Shown here: one piece after another, positions 43,776-53,116 of the stretch
How the letters are laid out: each line of letters starts with the position of its first letter
Position numbering within the stretch: the stretch's first letter is position 1
Assembly: GCA_963721805.1 (NCBI GenBank)
Contig: CAVRJY010000004.1
Coordinates: forward strand, 96,001-160,000
Origin: Nitrospirota bacterium
GTDB taxonomy: Bacteria; Nitrospirota; Thermodesulfovibrionia; Thermodesulfovibrionales; JdFR-86
Length of the DNA stretch: 64,000 bases
Direction: 5' to 3'
Made by a program: the position numbers and the translations under genes
The notes under the pieces: generated by a model
The model's database searches: none
Told to the model about the DNA's origin: nothing
The model's input: the letters and a program-made list of their open reading frames with translations, nothing else

Positions 43776-45038
43776 CTAAAGTACCGGCACCTGCCATGAG
43801 GGCTGCGCGGGTACGTGCGCGTTGCCCGGCACATACTGGTATTCCCTAGTCCACGGCTGCGCATGGAGGCCGGGCTTCGCCTGCTTCGTGGCTAATAGCT
43901 GGTTGACAGATATCCAGCCACGCTCGAAGGCGTGCGCGCAGCCTGCCATGTAGATAAGCCATATGCGGTAGCGTTTCTCGCCGACGGCGGCCACGGCCTC
44001 GTCTCTACGCGCCTGAAGCCTCGCGACCCAGTGCATCAGCGTCTGGGCGTAGTGCGGCCTGAGGGATTCCATGTCGAGCACCTCAAGGTCCTGCGCCTCC
44101 ATCTCATAAGCGGTTCGGCTCAGGTGCGGGAGCTCGCCGTCCGGGAAGACGTAGTCCTCGATGAACCGTCCGCCGCTCGGGCTGACGCTCCGGTTGTCCG
44201 GGTCGCGCGTGGTGATGCCGTGGTTGAGCACTAGGCCGTTTTCCTTAAGCAGCCGCCGCATCACGCCGAAATAGACCGGCAGCTTGCGGAGCCCGACGTG
44301 CTCGAACATCCCGACCGAGGAGATCTTGTCGAATACGCCCTCGCCGGGTATGTCGCGGTAGTCTTGCAGCCTCACCTCGACGCGGCCGATGAGCCCCTCG
44401 CGCCCGACGCGTTCGGTCGCATACTCAAACTGCTCGCGGCTGAGCGTTACGCCCAGCGCTTTGACGCCGTAGTGCTTCGCGGCCCAGGTGATCAGCCCGC
44501 CCCAGCCGCAGCCGATGTCCAGCAGCCGCTCGCCGGACCTGAGGCGAAGCTTGCGGCAGATGTGGTCGAGCTTCTGCTCCTGCGCGGTGTGTAGGTCCTC
44601 GTCCCCGCTCCGGAAGTACGCGCAAGAGTAAACCATGTTCCTGTCCAGCCAGAGCGAGTAGAACTCGTTGGACACGTCGTAGTGGCTTTGCACCGAGCGC
44701 GCGTCGCGCCTGCGCGTGTGGCGGAACACGGACAGGCCCGGCAGCAGCCCGGCAGAGTTGCCCCTCGACTCCTCGCCGTTTAACGCCTCGGCTATCTGCA
44801 TCAGGTCCGCAAGCGGGCCGTCGAGGTCGATCTGGCCCTCGACATAAGCCTTCGCGAGGCGGTCCATCGTGGGCCGCAGGAGGATCATCGCGGCCCCCAT
44901 GCTCTTAAATGACATGACCACCGTGGGGTTGGGCCCCAGGTCGATCGCGGAGCCGTCCCAGAGGCGGACCCTGAGCGGCAGTTGCTTGCTTATCAGATTC
45001 TTGCCGAGCCTTGTAAGCAGCGACGTGGTGGAGTTCAT
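43776..45038 (-). CDS. cfa: Cyclopropane-fatty-acyl-phospholipid synthase family SAM methyltransferase
   Basis: HYDVSNEFY, YSCAYF, LDIGCGWG, SVGMFEHVG, YVFPDG, HYAQTL. Confidence 0.92.
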   Translation of the reverse strand: MNSTTSLLTRLGKNLISKQLPLRVRLWDGSAIDLGPNPTVVMSFKSMGAAMILLRPTMDRLAKAYVEGQIDLDGPLADLMQIAEALNGEESRGNSAGLLPGLSVFRHTRRRDARSVQSHYDVSNEFYSLWLDRNMVYSCAYFRSGDEDLHTAQEQKLDHICRKLRLRSGERLLDIGCGWGGLITWAAKHYGVKALGVTLSREQFEYATERVGREGLIGRVEVRLQDYRDIPGEGVFDKISSVGMFEHVGLRKLPVYFGVMRRLLKENGLVLNHGITTRDPDNRSVSPSGGRFIEDYVFPDGELPHLSRTAYEMEAQDLEVLDMESLRPHYAQTLMHWVARLQARRDEAVAAVGEKRYRIWLIYMAGCAHAFERGWISVNQLLATKQAKPGLHAQPWTREYQYVPGNAHVPAQPSWQVPVL

Positions 45039-45129
45039 ATTGACCCTCCCTGTGGACAGATGTTCTATATTCCCCATAGTAAGAAAATTCTAGCAGGGAA
45101 TCCGTCTGTCCGCAACTGGTGTAGTTTCA

Positions 45130-45283
45130 TTTCTTTAAAGCGCTCCAAATCGTCTTCAGACTAGGAACCGGACGAAAAACGACCGCAGTCGTATATGGAA
45201 TGGACATACGTCAAGGATCGTTTTTCAGACGGTGAAAGGAGAGGGCCAGTCGGCCCTAAGCGATTTGGAGCGCTTTGAAGAAA
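45130..45283 (-). repeat. Dispersed rod-like repeat, copy E (closest to copy H; no tail)
   Basis: 23-bp terminal inverted repeat with one mismatch; shares CTGCGGTCGTTTTTCGTCCGGTTCCTAGTCTGAAGACGATTTGG with copy H. Confidence 0.9.
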
Positions 45284-45291
45284 GCGAGCTA

Positions 45292-46629
45292 CTAGCGCCC
45301 AATCCCTCTGTATTCGAACCCTTCGCGCTTGAGGGCTGCGGGGTCATACTGGTTTCTCCCGTCGAATATGACCGCATTGCGCATCGTGCGCTTCATCAAA
45401 GCAAAGTCCGGGTGCCTGAAGCTCTTCCATTCGGTCACGAGCACGAGCGCGTCCGCGCCCTCGATGGCGTCATACTGGTTTTTGGCGAGCGTGAGGCTGC
45501 CGGAGCTGAACCACTGCGCCGGGAGCTCGCGGCGCGCGACGTCCATGGCTATCGGGTCGTATGCGCTCACGGTCGCGCCGGAGGCGATCAGGTGGTATAA
45601 AAGCGTGGTCGCCGGGGCCTCGCGCATGTCGTCCGTGCCGGGCTTGAACGCAAGCCCCCAGAGGCCAATGCGCCTGCCTGTGAGGTCCGCACCGAAGCGC
45701 TCGATGACCTTGTTATAGAGCAGGTGTTTCTGGAGCGAGTTTCTGGCCTCGACCGCGTGCAGCACAGTCGGCTCGAACCCCTCCGTCTCGGCCATGTGGA
45801 TTAACGCCTTAACGTCCTTTGGAAAGCACGAGCCGCCGTAGCCGCAGCCTGGGTATATGAACGAGTAGCCGATGCGGCTATCAGAGCCTATGCCGACGCG
45901 GACGCTCTCGACGTCCACCGAGAGGTGGTCGCAGAGGTTCGCTATCTCGTTCATGAACGAGATCTTCGTGGCGAGCATCGCGTTGGCGGCGTACTTCGTG
46001 AGCTCCGATGCGCGCACGGACATATATATCAGCCGCTCGTGGCTGCGCGTAAACGGGGAGTAGAGCTCGTGCATCAGGGCCTTTGCGCGGCTGCGGCCCT
46101 CCTGGACGCCCACGATGATGCGGTCGGGCTTCATGAAGTCGTCTATCGCCGCGCCCTCTTTGAGGAACTCCGGGTTGCTCACGACGTCGAACTCGACCGA
46201 GGCGCCGCGCGTGCGCAGCTCGGCCTCGATCTCCTCGCGCACGCGCTCCGCGGTGCCGACAGGTACGGTGGATTTCACTACAATGACCGCATATGACGTG
46301 AGCAGGCCGCCGAGCTCGCGGGCGACGCCCAAGACATGGCGCAAATCCGCCGAGCCGTCCTCACCGGGCGGGGTGCCCACGGCGATCATGAATACCTCGC
46401 ACCCTGCGGCCGCCTCTTTTAGCGAGGTCGTAAAGCCGAGCCTGCCCTGGCGCGAGTTTTCGAGCACGATGGCGTCCAGCCCCGGCTCGTATATCGGCAG
46501 CACGCCGCTTTGCAGGCTCGCCACCTTTGCGGCGTCCATGTCCACACAGGTCACGTTATTGCCCATCTCGGCGAAGCACGCGCCCGTAACGAGCCCGACG
46601 TACCCGGTCCCTATAATAGTCAGTTTCAT
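45292..46629 (-). CDS. ugd: UDP-glucose 6-dehydrogenase
   Basis: GTGYVG, PIYEPGL, KSTVP, NPEFLKEG, GYGGSCFPKD, AFKPGTDDMRE. Confidence 0.95.
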   Translation of the reverse strand: MKLTIIGTGYVGLVTGACFAEMGNNVTCVDMDAAKVASLQSGVLPIYEPGLDAIVLENSRQGRLGFTTSLKEAAAGCEVFMIAVGTPPGEDGSADLRHVLGVARELGGLLTSYAVIVVKSTVPVGTAERVREEIEAELRTRGASVEFDVVSNPEFLKEGAAIDDFMKPDRIIVGVQEGRSRAKALMHELYSPFTRSHERLIYMSVRASELTKYAANAMLATKISFMNEIANLCDHLSVDVESVRVGIGSDSRIGYSFIYPGCGYGGSCFPKDVKALIHMAETEGFEPTVLHAVEARNSLQKHLLYNKVIERFGADLTGRRIGLWGLAFKPGTDDMREAPATTLLYHLIASGATVSAYDPIAMDVARRELPAQWFSSGSLTLAKNQYDAIEGADALVLVTEWKSFRHPDFALMKRTMRNAVIFDGRNQYDPAALKREGFEYRGIGR

Positions 46630-46705
46630 CTCAGGCAGGTCTCCTTCATGCGAATTCCAACGGTAAATAATAACATATTGACGGTCACTCTCAAGCCGTG
46701 ATAGA

Positions 46706-46732
46706 GTGTTACGAATAGGAGAATCGTAACAC
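46706..46732. promoter_or_regulatory. NikR operator
   Basis: Perfect inverted repeat GTGTTACGA-N9-TCGTAACAC just upstream of nikR; geometry fits widely spaced NikR half-sites. Confidence 0.85.
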
Positions 46733-46747
46733 GAAAGGGAGCACGCG

Positions 46748-47164
46748 ATGGCGCTGACGAGGTTCGGGATATCGCTGGACGAGGGGCTATTAGCCGGGTT
46801 CGACCGGATGATCTCGGCGCGCGGCTGGGCCAACCGCAGCGAGGCGATCCGCGACCTGATCCGCGACGCCCTCGTGCGCGAGGAGTGGGAGGCAGGCCGG
46901 GAGGAGACCGCCGGCACGATCACGCTCGTCTACTCACACGACACCCGCGAGCTGGCCGAGACCTTAAACGAGATCCAGCACCATCACCATGCGTCCGTAG
47001 TGTCCTCGATGCACATACACCTCGACGAGCACCGCTGCCTGGAGGTGCTCGTAGTGCGCGGGCCGGGGCACACGCTGCGCAGGATCGCGGACCGGCTGAT
47101 CGGGGTGCGCGGGGTCCTGCACGGCAAGCTCACGCTCACGACCACAGGGCAGCATATCAAATAG
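46748..47164 (+). CDS. nikR: Nickel-responsive regulator NikR
   Basis: [35 protein letters not shown]. Confidence 0.96.
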   Translation: MALTRFGISLDEGLLAGFDRMISARGWANRSEAIRDLIRDALVREEWEAGREETAGTITLVYSHDTRELAETLNEIQHHHHASVVSSMHIHLDEHRCLEVLVVRGPGHTLRRIADRLIGVRGVLHGKLTLTTTGQHIK

Positions 47165-47845
47165 ATGCACATCCCTGACGGATACCTCGGGCCTCAGACC
47201 TACGTCCCGCTATGGGGCGCGACCGCGCTGGCATGGGCCGCGGCCTCGCGCAGCTTGAAACGCACGCTCTCGACCCGCAACGTGCCGTACCTCGCGATGG
47301 CATCGGCCTTCTCGTTTTTGATAATGATGTTCAACATCCCGATACCCGGCGGCACGACGGGACATGCGGTAGGTGCGGGGCTGGTGGCGATACTCCTCGG
47401 GCCATGGGCCGCGGTCGCGGCGGTATCTGTCGCGCTCGTGATACAGGCGCTCGTATTCGGCGACGGCGGCATAACCGCGCTCGGGGCCAACTGCTTTAAC
47501 ATGGCGGTCGTGATGCCGTTTATCTCTTACTGGACCTTCAGGCTGCTTCGGGGCGATGCCCTTACGGGCGCGCGCTTCAAGATCGCGGGGTTCCTCTCTG
47601 GGTACCTCGGTCTCGTCGCGGCCGCGGTATGCACCGGGGTGGAGTTCGGCATCCAGCCGCTGATCGCGCATGCGCCGGACGGGACTCCTTTATATGCGCC
47701 CTACCCGCTCTCGGTCGCGCTGCCGGCGATGGCGATAAGCCACATGGCCGTATTCGGGGTCGTGGAGGGCGTGGTCACAATGCTCGTGATCGCACAGTTC
47801 GCCGCCCATGAGCCGGGGATGCTAGGGCGCGGGGCCTCGAAATGA
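47165..47845 (+). CDS. cbiM: Ni/Co ECF transporter substrate component (NikM/CbiM)
   Basis: MHIPDG N-terminus; GTTGH; QALVFGDGGITALGAN. Confidence 0.93.
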   Translation: MHIPDGYLGPQTYVPLWGATALAWAAASRSLKRTLSTRNVPYLAMASAFSFLIMMFNIPIPGGTTGHAVGAGLVAILLGPWAAVAAVSVALVIQALVFGDGGITALGANCFNMAVVMPFISYWTFRLLRGDALTGARFKIAGFLSGYLGLVAAAVCTGVEFGIQPLIAHAPDGTPLYAPYPLSVALPAMAISHMAVFGVVEGVVTMLVIAQFAAHEPGMLGRGASK

Positions 47846-48114
47846 AGAAGCGCTTCCAGCGGAATCTATGGATAGGGCTTTTGGTGCTTGCGGCCCTGAG
47901 CCCGCTTGGGATAATCATACCCCGATGGCTCGGCGCTGGCGGCGCGTGGGGCGAGTGGAGCATAGAGAAGCTATGGAGCGCCCCTATCGCAGACTACGGC
48001 CGGGGCGGGATCTTGTGGTACGCCGTCAGCGCGGCCATAGGGCTCGGGGTATGCGCGGCGATAGCCTATGCGATAGGCCGCGCGGTCAGGCGCAGGGGCG
48101 GCAATGGCCGGTAA
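47842..48114 (+). CDS. NikN/PDGLE-like auxiliary membrane subunit (short)
   Basis: LSPLG..AWGEW..APIADY with two TM helices; overlaps its neighbours. Confidence 0.75.
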   Translation: MKKRFQRNLWIGLLVLAALSPLGIIIPRWLGAGGAWGEWSIEKLWSAPIADYGRGGILWYAVSAAIGLGVCAAIAYAIGRAVRRRGGNGR

Positions 48115-48982
48115 CCTCCCGGCGTTTCTGCTCGAGCGCTCAGAGGCGCGGCCTCCTTCAGAGCGGGGTCCTAGATTTCGCACCCCTGTGATAGAGCGCG
48201 GGATAAGGCAGACCGCGTCTCTTATCAGCCGGACGTTTGAGCAGTGGGACACCGCGCGGCGTGACGGCGTGCTCCAGCGTGTCGACGCGCGCGTGAAGCT
48301 CGCCGCACTTATAGCGATGCTCGTGGTCATATCGCTAAAGCGCACCTTGATGCCGCTTGCCGTGGCAGAGGCAGCGCTTCTGGCGGTAGCGGCTCTCTCG
48401 GGCATAGGGTTTATGAACTACGCCAGGCGGGTATTCCTATTCGCGTTCGTCTTTGGGTTTCTGGTAGCCGCCCCATCGGCCTTCATCACGCCCGGAGAGG
48501 GGATCGTCTCTGTGATCGGAAGTTTCGGCATAACGAGGCCGGGCGCGATGGGAGTTGCGATGCTTACGCTGCGCGTGGGCTGCTCTGTCTCGGCCGCGCT
48601 GCTGATACTCTACAGCACCCCGCTGACCGAGCTTCTTCGCAGCTTGAAACTCCTGCGAGTGCCGGATGCGGTCGTGCTGATGATCAGCCTCGCGTACAAA
48701 TACATCTTCCTGCTTAGCTACGGGGTCGAGCGGATGCACCTCGCGGTGATGGCGAGGCTCGGCATGAGGCTGCACTCAGGCGAGGCCCGCCACTGGGCCA
48801 GCGGGCGCATGGCCGCGCTGTTCATCCGCTCCAGGGAGCAGTGCGAGGAGCTCTATAAGGCGATGCTGGCGCGAGGGTTTCGGGGCGAGGTCAGGCTGCG
48901 CTCTGCCGGAAGGCTCGGTATAAGCGATCTCATTGCCGCACTCTTCGCGGCCGCGCTGATCGCGGCGGTGGCGGCGCTATGA
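48104..48982 (+). CDS. cbiQ: ECF transporter T component (NikQ/CbiQ)
   Basis: DARVKL, ST...L..L.VP, YKYIF, AMLARGF. Confidence 0.92.
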   Translation: MAGNLPAFLLERSEARPPSERGPRFRTPVIERGIRQTASLISRTFEQWDTARRDGVLQRVDARVKLAALIAMLVVISLKRTLMPLAVAEAALLAVAALSGIGFMNYARRVFLFAFVFGFLVAAPSAFITPGEGIVSVIGSFGITRPGAMGVAMLTLRVGCSVSAALLILYSTPLTELLRSLKLLRVPDAVVLMISLAYKYIFLLSYGVERMHLAVMARLGMRLHSGEARHWASGRMAALFIRSREQCEELYKAMLARGFRGEVRLRSAGRLGISDLIAALFAAALIAAVAAL

Positions 48983-49791
48983 GCGACTGCTTCGCACTCA
49001 AGGACGTGACCTACGGCTACCGCGCGGGCATACAGGCGCTCGACGGCGTTACCCTGAACATACCCGAAGGCAGCCGGTTTGCGGTGATCGGATCGAACGG
49101 ATCGGGGAAGTCCACGCTCTTTCAGGTCCTGGCCGGGTTGATCGAGCCGACCTCCGGCACGGTCGTATTCCGTGACAGGCCTCTTAATGCCGACGCGCTT
49201 GGACGCGCGGAGTTCGTGCGGTATTTCCGCGGCTCGGTGGGGTACGTGTTTCAGGACCCGGACGTGCAGCTCTTCTGCCCGACCGTGATGGACGAACTCA
49301 CGTACGGCCCCCTGCACCTCGGACTCACGGACGACGAGGCGGTCGGCCGCAGCCGCGAGGTGATGCGGTATTTGGAGATAGAATCGCTCGCGGACCGGCC
49401 CTCATACATGCTCTCGGGCGGTGAGAAAAAGCGCGTGGCCATAGGCTCGGTCCTCACGATGAACCCCAATGTGCTGCTGCTCGACGAGCCGACTAATGGA
49501 TTGGACCCGCGCACGCAGAGCTTCGTCGTGGAACTCATGATTGGCCTCTCTGAGGCCGGAAAGACTGTCATCATCGCAACACACGACCTATCGCTGGTAT
49601 ACGAACTCAAGGCGCAGGTCGCTGTCATGGGCGAGGACCACCGCATAGCGGCAACCGGCCCGGCATCGCAGATACTGGCGGACGAGGACCTGCTGCTTCG
49701 TGCCAACCTGATCCACGAGCACCGGCATATACACGAGGGCAGCCCGGAACACGCTCATAGACACTCGCATTTCTTTTTCCATAGGCATTAG
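48979..49791 (+). CDS. cbiO: ECF transporter ATPase (NikO/CbiO) with His-rich tail
   Basis: GSNGSGKST, FQDPD.QLF, LSGGEKKR, LLDEPT; HEHRHIH tail. Confidence 0.93.
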   Translation: MSDCFALKDVTYGYRAGIQALDGVTLNIPEGSRFAVIGSNGSGKSTLFQVLAGLIEPTSGTVVFRDRPLNADALGRAEFVRYFRGSVGYVFQDPDVQLFCPTVMDELTYGPLHLGLTDDEAVGRSREVMRYLEIESLADRPSYMLSGGEKKRVAIGSVLTMNPNVLLLDEPTNGLDPRTQSFVVELMIGLSEAGKTVIIATHDLSLVYELKAQVAVMGEDHRIAATGPASQILADEDLLLRANLIHEHRHIHEGSPEHAHRHSHFFFHRH

Positions 49792-49792
49792 G

Positions 49793-49967
49793 GAAAGCGC
49801 GCCAAATCGCTTGATACGTTGTCACCATTTGAAAATCGCCCTCCAGAGTACATCTCGGTACACTTGCGGGCTATTTTCAAATGCTTCCTAGTCTAAAGAC
49901 GATTTGGGCGCGCTTTCGGGGGGCACGGAAAAAGGTCGCCCCCCGCGCCCCCAAGGTCAAAGGCATT
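49793..49967 (+). repeat. Dispersed rod-like repeat, copy F
   Basis: 125-bp core differs at 4 positions from the reverse complement of copy G; tail AAGGTCAAAGGCATT. Confidence 0.92.
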
Positions 49968-50014
49968 AATGGATAACTTCCGCACGCGCGTTTTGTTTGA
50001 TATAGAATATAAAC

Positions 50015-50371
50015 ATGGAGCTGTTATATGACTTTGCGCGCGTGACCAGCCGCCAGCCGTTCATGGTCCCGGCGGTGCTCTTCCTCATCCTCTCCGTGCC
50101 GATAGCCTTTGGATGGGTGCCCCGCAACCGGTGGTATGGGATGAGGACGCGCCGGACGCTTGCTAACGATCTCGTTTGGTACGCCTCGAACCGCTTCTGC
50201 GGAATTGCGCTGATCGCGTCGAGCGTCGTTTACCTGTCTGTAGCCGCGATAGTGCCTTACCGCTCGCCAGCCGATGACTTCGATATATGGCTTATCCACG
50301 CGGCCACATTCGTGCTCACGAACGCAGCGAGCTTAATAGCCACTATCGTCTATTCGAGGAGGATAAAATGA
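50015..50371 (+). CDS. SdpI/YhfL-family immunity membrane protein
   Basis: PRNRWYGMRT..TL....W..SNRFCG signature between TM helices. Confidence 0.82.
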   Translation: MELLYDFARVTSRQPFMVPAVLFLILSVPIAFGWVPRNRWYGMRTRRTLANDLVWYASNRFCGIALIASSVVYLSVAAIVPYRSPADDFDIWLIHAATFVLTNAASLIATIVYSRRIK

Positions 50372-50420
50372 TGTCCTTTACCTTGGCGTCCTACTGAAGC
50401 GGTCCCCTTTTATAACAATA

Positions 50421-51016
50421 GTGAAGCTCCCCGTGGCAAGCCACGGGGCATCCGTGGCGCAGCTATAAGTCCAGCTGCGCAGGCAATTGCTTCTCTGCTC
50501 TGTGGCCGCGTATGTATTTGCGGATCATTTCCGAGGTCAAGCTGTCCCCGACTGTCCGCGCAAAGTACCCATCCTCCCACAGCTCACCCTTCCATAGTCT
50601 TTGCCTCAGCGATGGGTATTGCTTGAACAGCTCACGGGCGCTGATACTTTTCAGGGTTCTGACCACCACCCCTATCGAGTACCGTGGCGGGAACGATAGA
50701 AATATATGCACATGGTCCTCCGCCACTTCCATCTCCACTATCTCATATTCATACTCTTCAGCTATCTCCCTGAAAAGTTCCGCGCACCGCTCGCGCATGT
50801 AACTTTGCGCGAACAGTCTCTTGCGATACTTAGGACACCATACCAGATGGTACCCGGTGTCATATACAGCGTGACTCGTCCTGCGTAACCCCATGCCTCA
50901 TGATAGCCCGCAATTGCCTCGGCGGGAAAGGGGGACTTCCAGCCCCCCTTACATCCCCCCGGCAGGGATGCCATTCATCCCCGTGGCAAGCCACGGGGCA
51001 TACTGGCATGGTTTTC
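50421..51016 (-). mobile_element. IS200/IS605-family insertion sequence (tnpA only), copy 2, 596 bp
   Basis: Matches 42456-43051; TAAC target at 51017-51020 (minus strand). Confidence 0.95.
50463..50894 (-). CDS. tnpA: IS200-family Y1 HUH transposase
   Basis: Protein identical to 42498-42929. Confidence 0.96.
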   Translation of the reverse strand: MGLRRTSHAVYDTGYHLVWCPKYRKRLFAQSYMRERCAELFREIAEEYEYEIVEMEVAEDHVHIFLSFPPRYSIGVVVRTLKSISARELFKQYPSLRQRLWKGELWEDGYFARTVGDSLTSEMIRKYIRGHRAEKQLPAQLDL

Positions 51017-51054
51017 GTTAGTTGAAAACGCACGGGCATCAATTTTTACTATTA

Positions 51055-51080
51055 ACTTCGGTTTATATATAAACCAAAGT
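51055..51080. promoter_or_regulatory. Near-perfect 26-bp palindrome ACTTCGGTTTATATATAAACCAAAGT; second copy of the site at 202-223
   Basis: Direct sequence match; function inferred only. Confidence 0.5.
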
Positions 51081-51345
51081 ATCGCATTGTTTGTTGTATA
51101 GTGGTGCTATGAGCAAGATAATCGCATATCCAATGGGCGGGGCAACGAATGAAGCGGGCATCGACGCGTTTTCGGAGGCAGGGTCGAAAACCGCGCGAAT
51201 TATTCGAACATCCGAACAGCGCCGGACTCGGAAAAACGATGTTTTCCAGGGGCTTATCCGCGTATTTGCCTCAAACATCCGAACACATAAAATAAAACGC
51301 GCGCGCGCGGTATGCATATATATGCCTATGATCGGGCCTCAAACC

Positions 51346-51529
51346 ATGCCTTTGACCTTGTGGGGCGCGGGGGGCGGGGCCGACTGGCCCCCTTCTTTCC
51401 CCCCGAAAGCGCGCCCAAATCGTCTTCAGACTAGGAAGCATTTGAAAATAGCCCGCAAGTGTACTGAGATGTACTCTGGAGGGCGATTTTCAAATGGTGA
51501 CGACGTATCAAGCGATTTGGTGCGCTTTC
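51346..51529 (-). repeat. Dispersed rod-like repeat, copy G
   Basis: Inverted near-identical partner of copy F; its tail carries an extra GGGGCCAGTCGGCCCC hairpin. Confidence 0.92.
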
Positions 51530-51542
51530 AAAGAGGCTGCAT

Positions 51543-52007
51543 ATGAGATTTCTTGCGGACGCCATGTTGGGCCGCCTAGCCCGCCGCATGCGCCTGATGG
51601 GGCTGGATACGGTCTATATGCGCGACACTTCGGACGCCGAGGTGCTCAAAGTGGCCCGCGCCGAGGGCCGCATGCTCCTTACGCGCGACGCCGAACTCGC
51701 GGCCCGCCCGAACCCGGCCGGGACCCTGCACCTGCGTGCCAACGACACCGACGGCCAGCTTGCCGAGTTTATGGGGAGGTTCGGTCTTTTATTAGAGGGG
51801 ACCGTGTCCCCGCCCAGATGCCCGCGCTGCAACGGAGAGCTGCGCTTGACGGCCTCGCGGGCCGAGGTCGAGGGCCGCGTGCCGGAGCACGTACTGCACA
51901 GCTACGGGCGGTTTTTTATTTGCTCTGGATGTGGTAATGTCTACTGGGAGGGCACACAGCACGAGGCGATGAGGGAAATGCTCGAAAAATTCCGGGGCCG
52001 CGGATGA
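51543..52007 (+). CDS. Mut7-C RNase domain protein
   Basis: FLADAMLGRLAR..R..G.D, LLTRD, RCPRCNG, C..CG.VYWEG. Confidence 0.9.
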   Translation: MRFLADAMLGRLARRMRLMGLDTVYMRDTSDAEVLKVARAEGRMLLTRDAELAARPNPAGTLHLRANDTDGQLAEFMGRFGLLLEGTVSPPRCPRCNGELRLTASRAEVEGRVPEHVLHSYGRFFICSGCGNVYWEGTQHEAMREMLEKFRGRG

Positions 52008-53050
52008 GGGCGCCCGGCGAGGGCCGCGACCCCTTCCGCAAGCACAAGCGCACGATGCTCTACTCGGCGCTGCTCATAGGCTCGGTGCTCGCCGTGGGCA
52101 CGGCCGGCTACACGCTCATCGAGGGCTGGAACTGGTTCGACTCGCTCTACATGACCGTTATCACGATGACCACGATCGGCTATCAGGAGGTGCACAACCT
52201 CTCGACGGCCGGGCGGGTATTCACCGTGCTTTTCATATTCCTCAGCGTCGGGGCGGTGCTCTATACGTTTAACAACGCCGCGCGCCTGATAGTCGAGGGC
52301 GAACTCAATGACATCTTCGGGAGGCGCAAATTGCAATCGAGGATACAGAAGCTAAGCGGGCATTACATCATATGCGGCTACGGCCGCATGGGCCGGATCA
52401 TCTGCAAGGAACTCCTCACCGAGGGCTCGAAGTTCGTGGTGATCGAAAAGACGCCGTCGCCGGAATTCAGCGAGATCACGGAGTTTCCGGTTATGGTCGG
52501 CGACGCCACGATAGACGAGACGCTGAAGCTGGCCGGTATCGACCGCGCCGCCGGGCTAATCTCGGTCCTGCCCTCGGACGCCGAGAACCTGTTCGTCGTG
52601 CTGAGCGCGCGCGGGCTCAACCCGGGCCTCTTCATCGTCGCGCGCGCGGTGCTCGAAGACAGCGAAAAGAAGCTCATGCGAGCAGGCGCCAGCCGCGTCG
52701 TATCGCCCTACCACATCGGGGGGCTGCGCATCGCGCACACGATCATCAAGCCCGCTGTCGTGGACTTCATCGAGTTTACGACGAACTCCGGCAACATCGA
52801 CCTGCAGATGGAGGAGATCAAGGTCTCGGCCGGCTCGCAGCTCGTCTCGCGCACGATCAGCGAAAGCGGCATCGGCCGCGACCTCGGCGTCATCGTCGTC
52901 TCGATCAAGAACAACGACGGCCGGATGCAGCTGAGCCCCAACAACAGCACCGTGATCAACGAGGGCGATACGCTGATCGTGCTCGGCGAGCAGTCGAAGG
53001 TCACGACTCTTGAGAAGATGGCCAAGGGGGCGACTGCCCCCCTCCTGTAA
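52004..53050 (+). CDS. Potassium channel with TrkA-N/TrkA-C (RCK) domains
   Basis: TMTTIGYQE pore; ICGYGRMG; GDAT; C-terminal TrkA-C. Confidence 0.9.
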   Translation: MRAPGEGRDPFRKHKRTMLYSALLIGSVLAVGTAGYTLIEGWNWFDSLYMTVITMTTIGYQEVHNLSTAGRVFTVLFIFLSVGAVLYTFNNAARLIVEGELNDIFGRRKLQSRIQKLSGHYIICGYGRMGRIICKELLTEGSKFVVIEKTPSPEFSEITEFPVMVGDATIDETLKLAGIDRAAGLISVLPSDAENLFVVLSARGLNPGLFIVARAVLEDSEKKLMRAGASRVVSPYHIGGLRIAHTIIKPAVVDFIEFTTNSGNIDLQMEEIKVSAGSQLVSRTISESGIGRDLGVIVVSIKNNDGRMQLSPNNSTVINEGDTLIVLGEQSKVTTLEKMAKGATAPLL

Positions 53051-53116
53051 AGACCCGGGCGGGCCGTTCCTGTAGGCGGGATGAATCCGTGGCCTCATAA
53101 GGCGTAAAATATATAA

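Noticed and set aside
42132..51529. Rod elements as integron attC sites
   Set aside because: Size and palindromy fit, but the RYYYAAC/GTTRRRY core sites are absent, orientations are mixed and no integrase is present
51091..51546. 151-aa ORF and similar short ORFs sharing peptides such as KARPNRLQTR or YQAIW (2070-2546, 49625-49828, 56474-57163)
   Set aside because: The shared peptides are translations of the non-coding repeat; frames and starts are not conserved among copies
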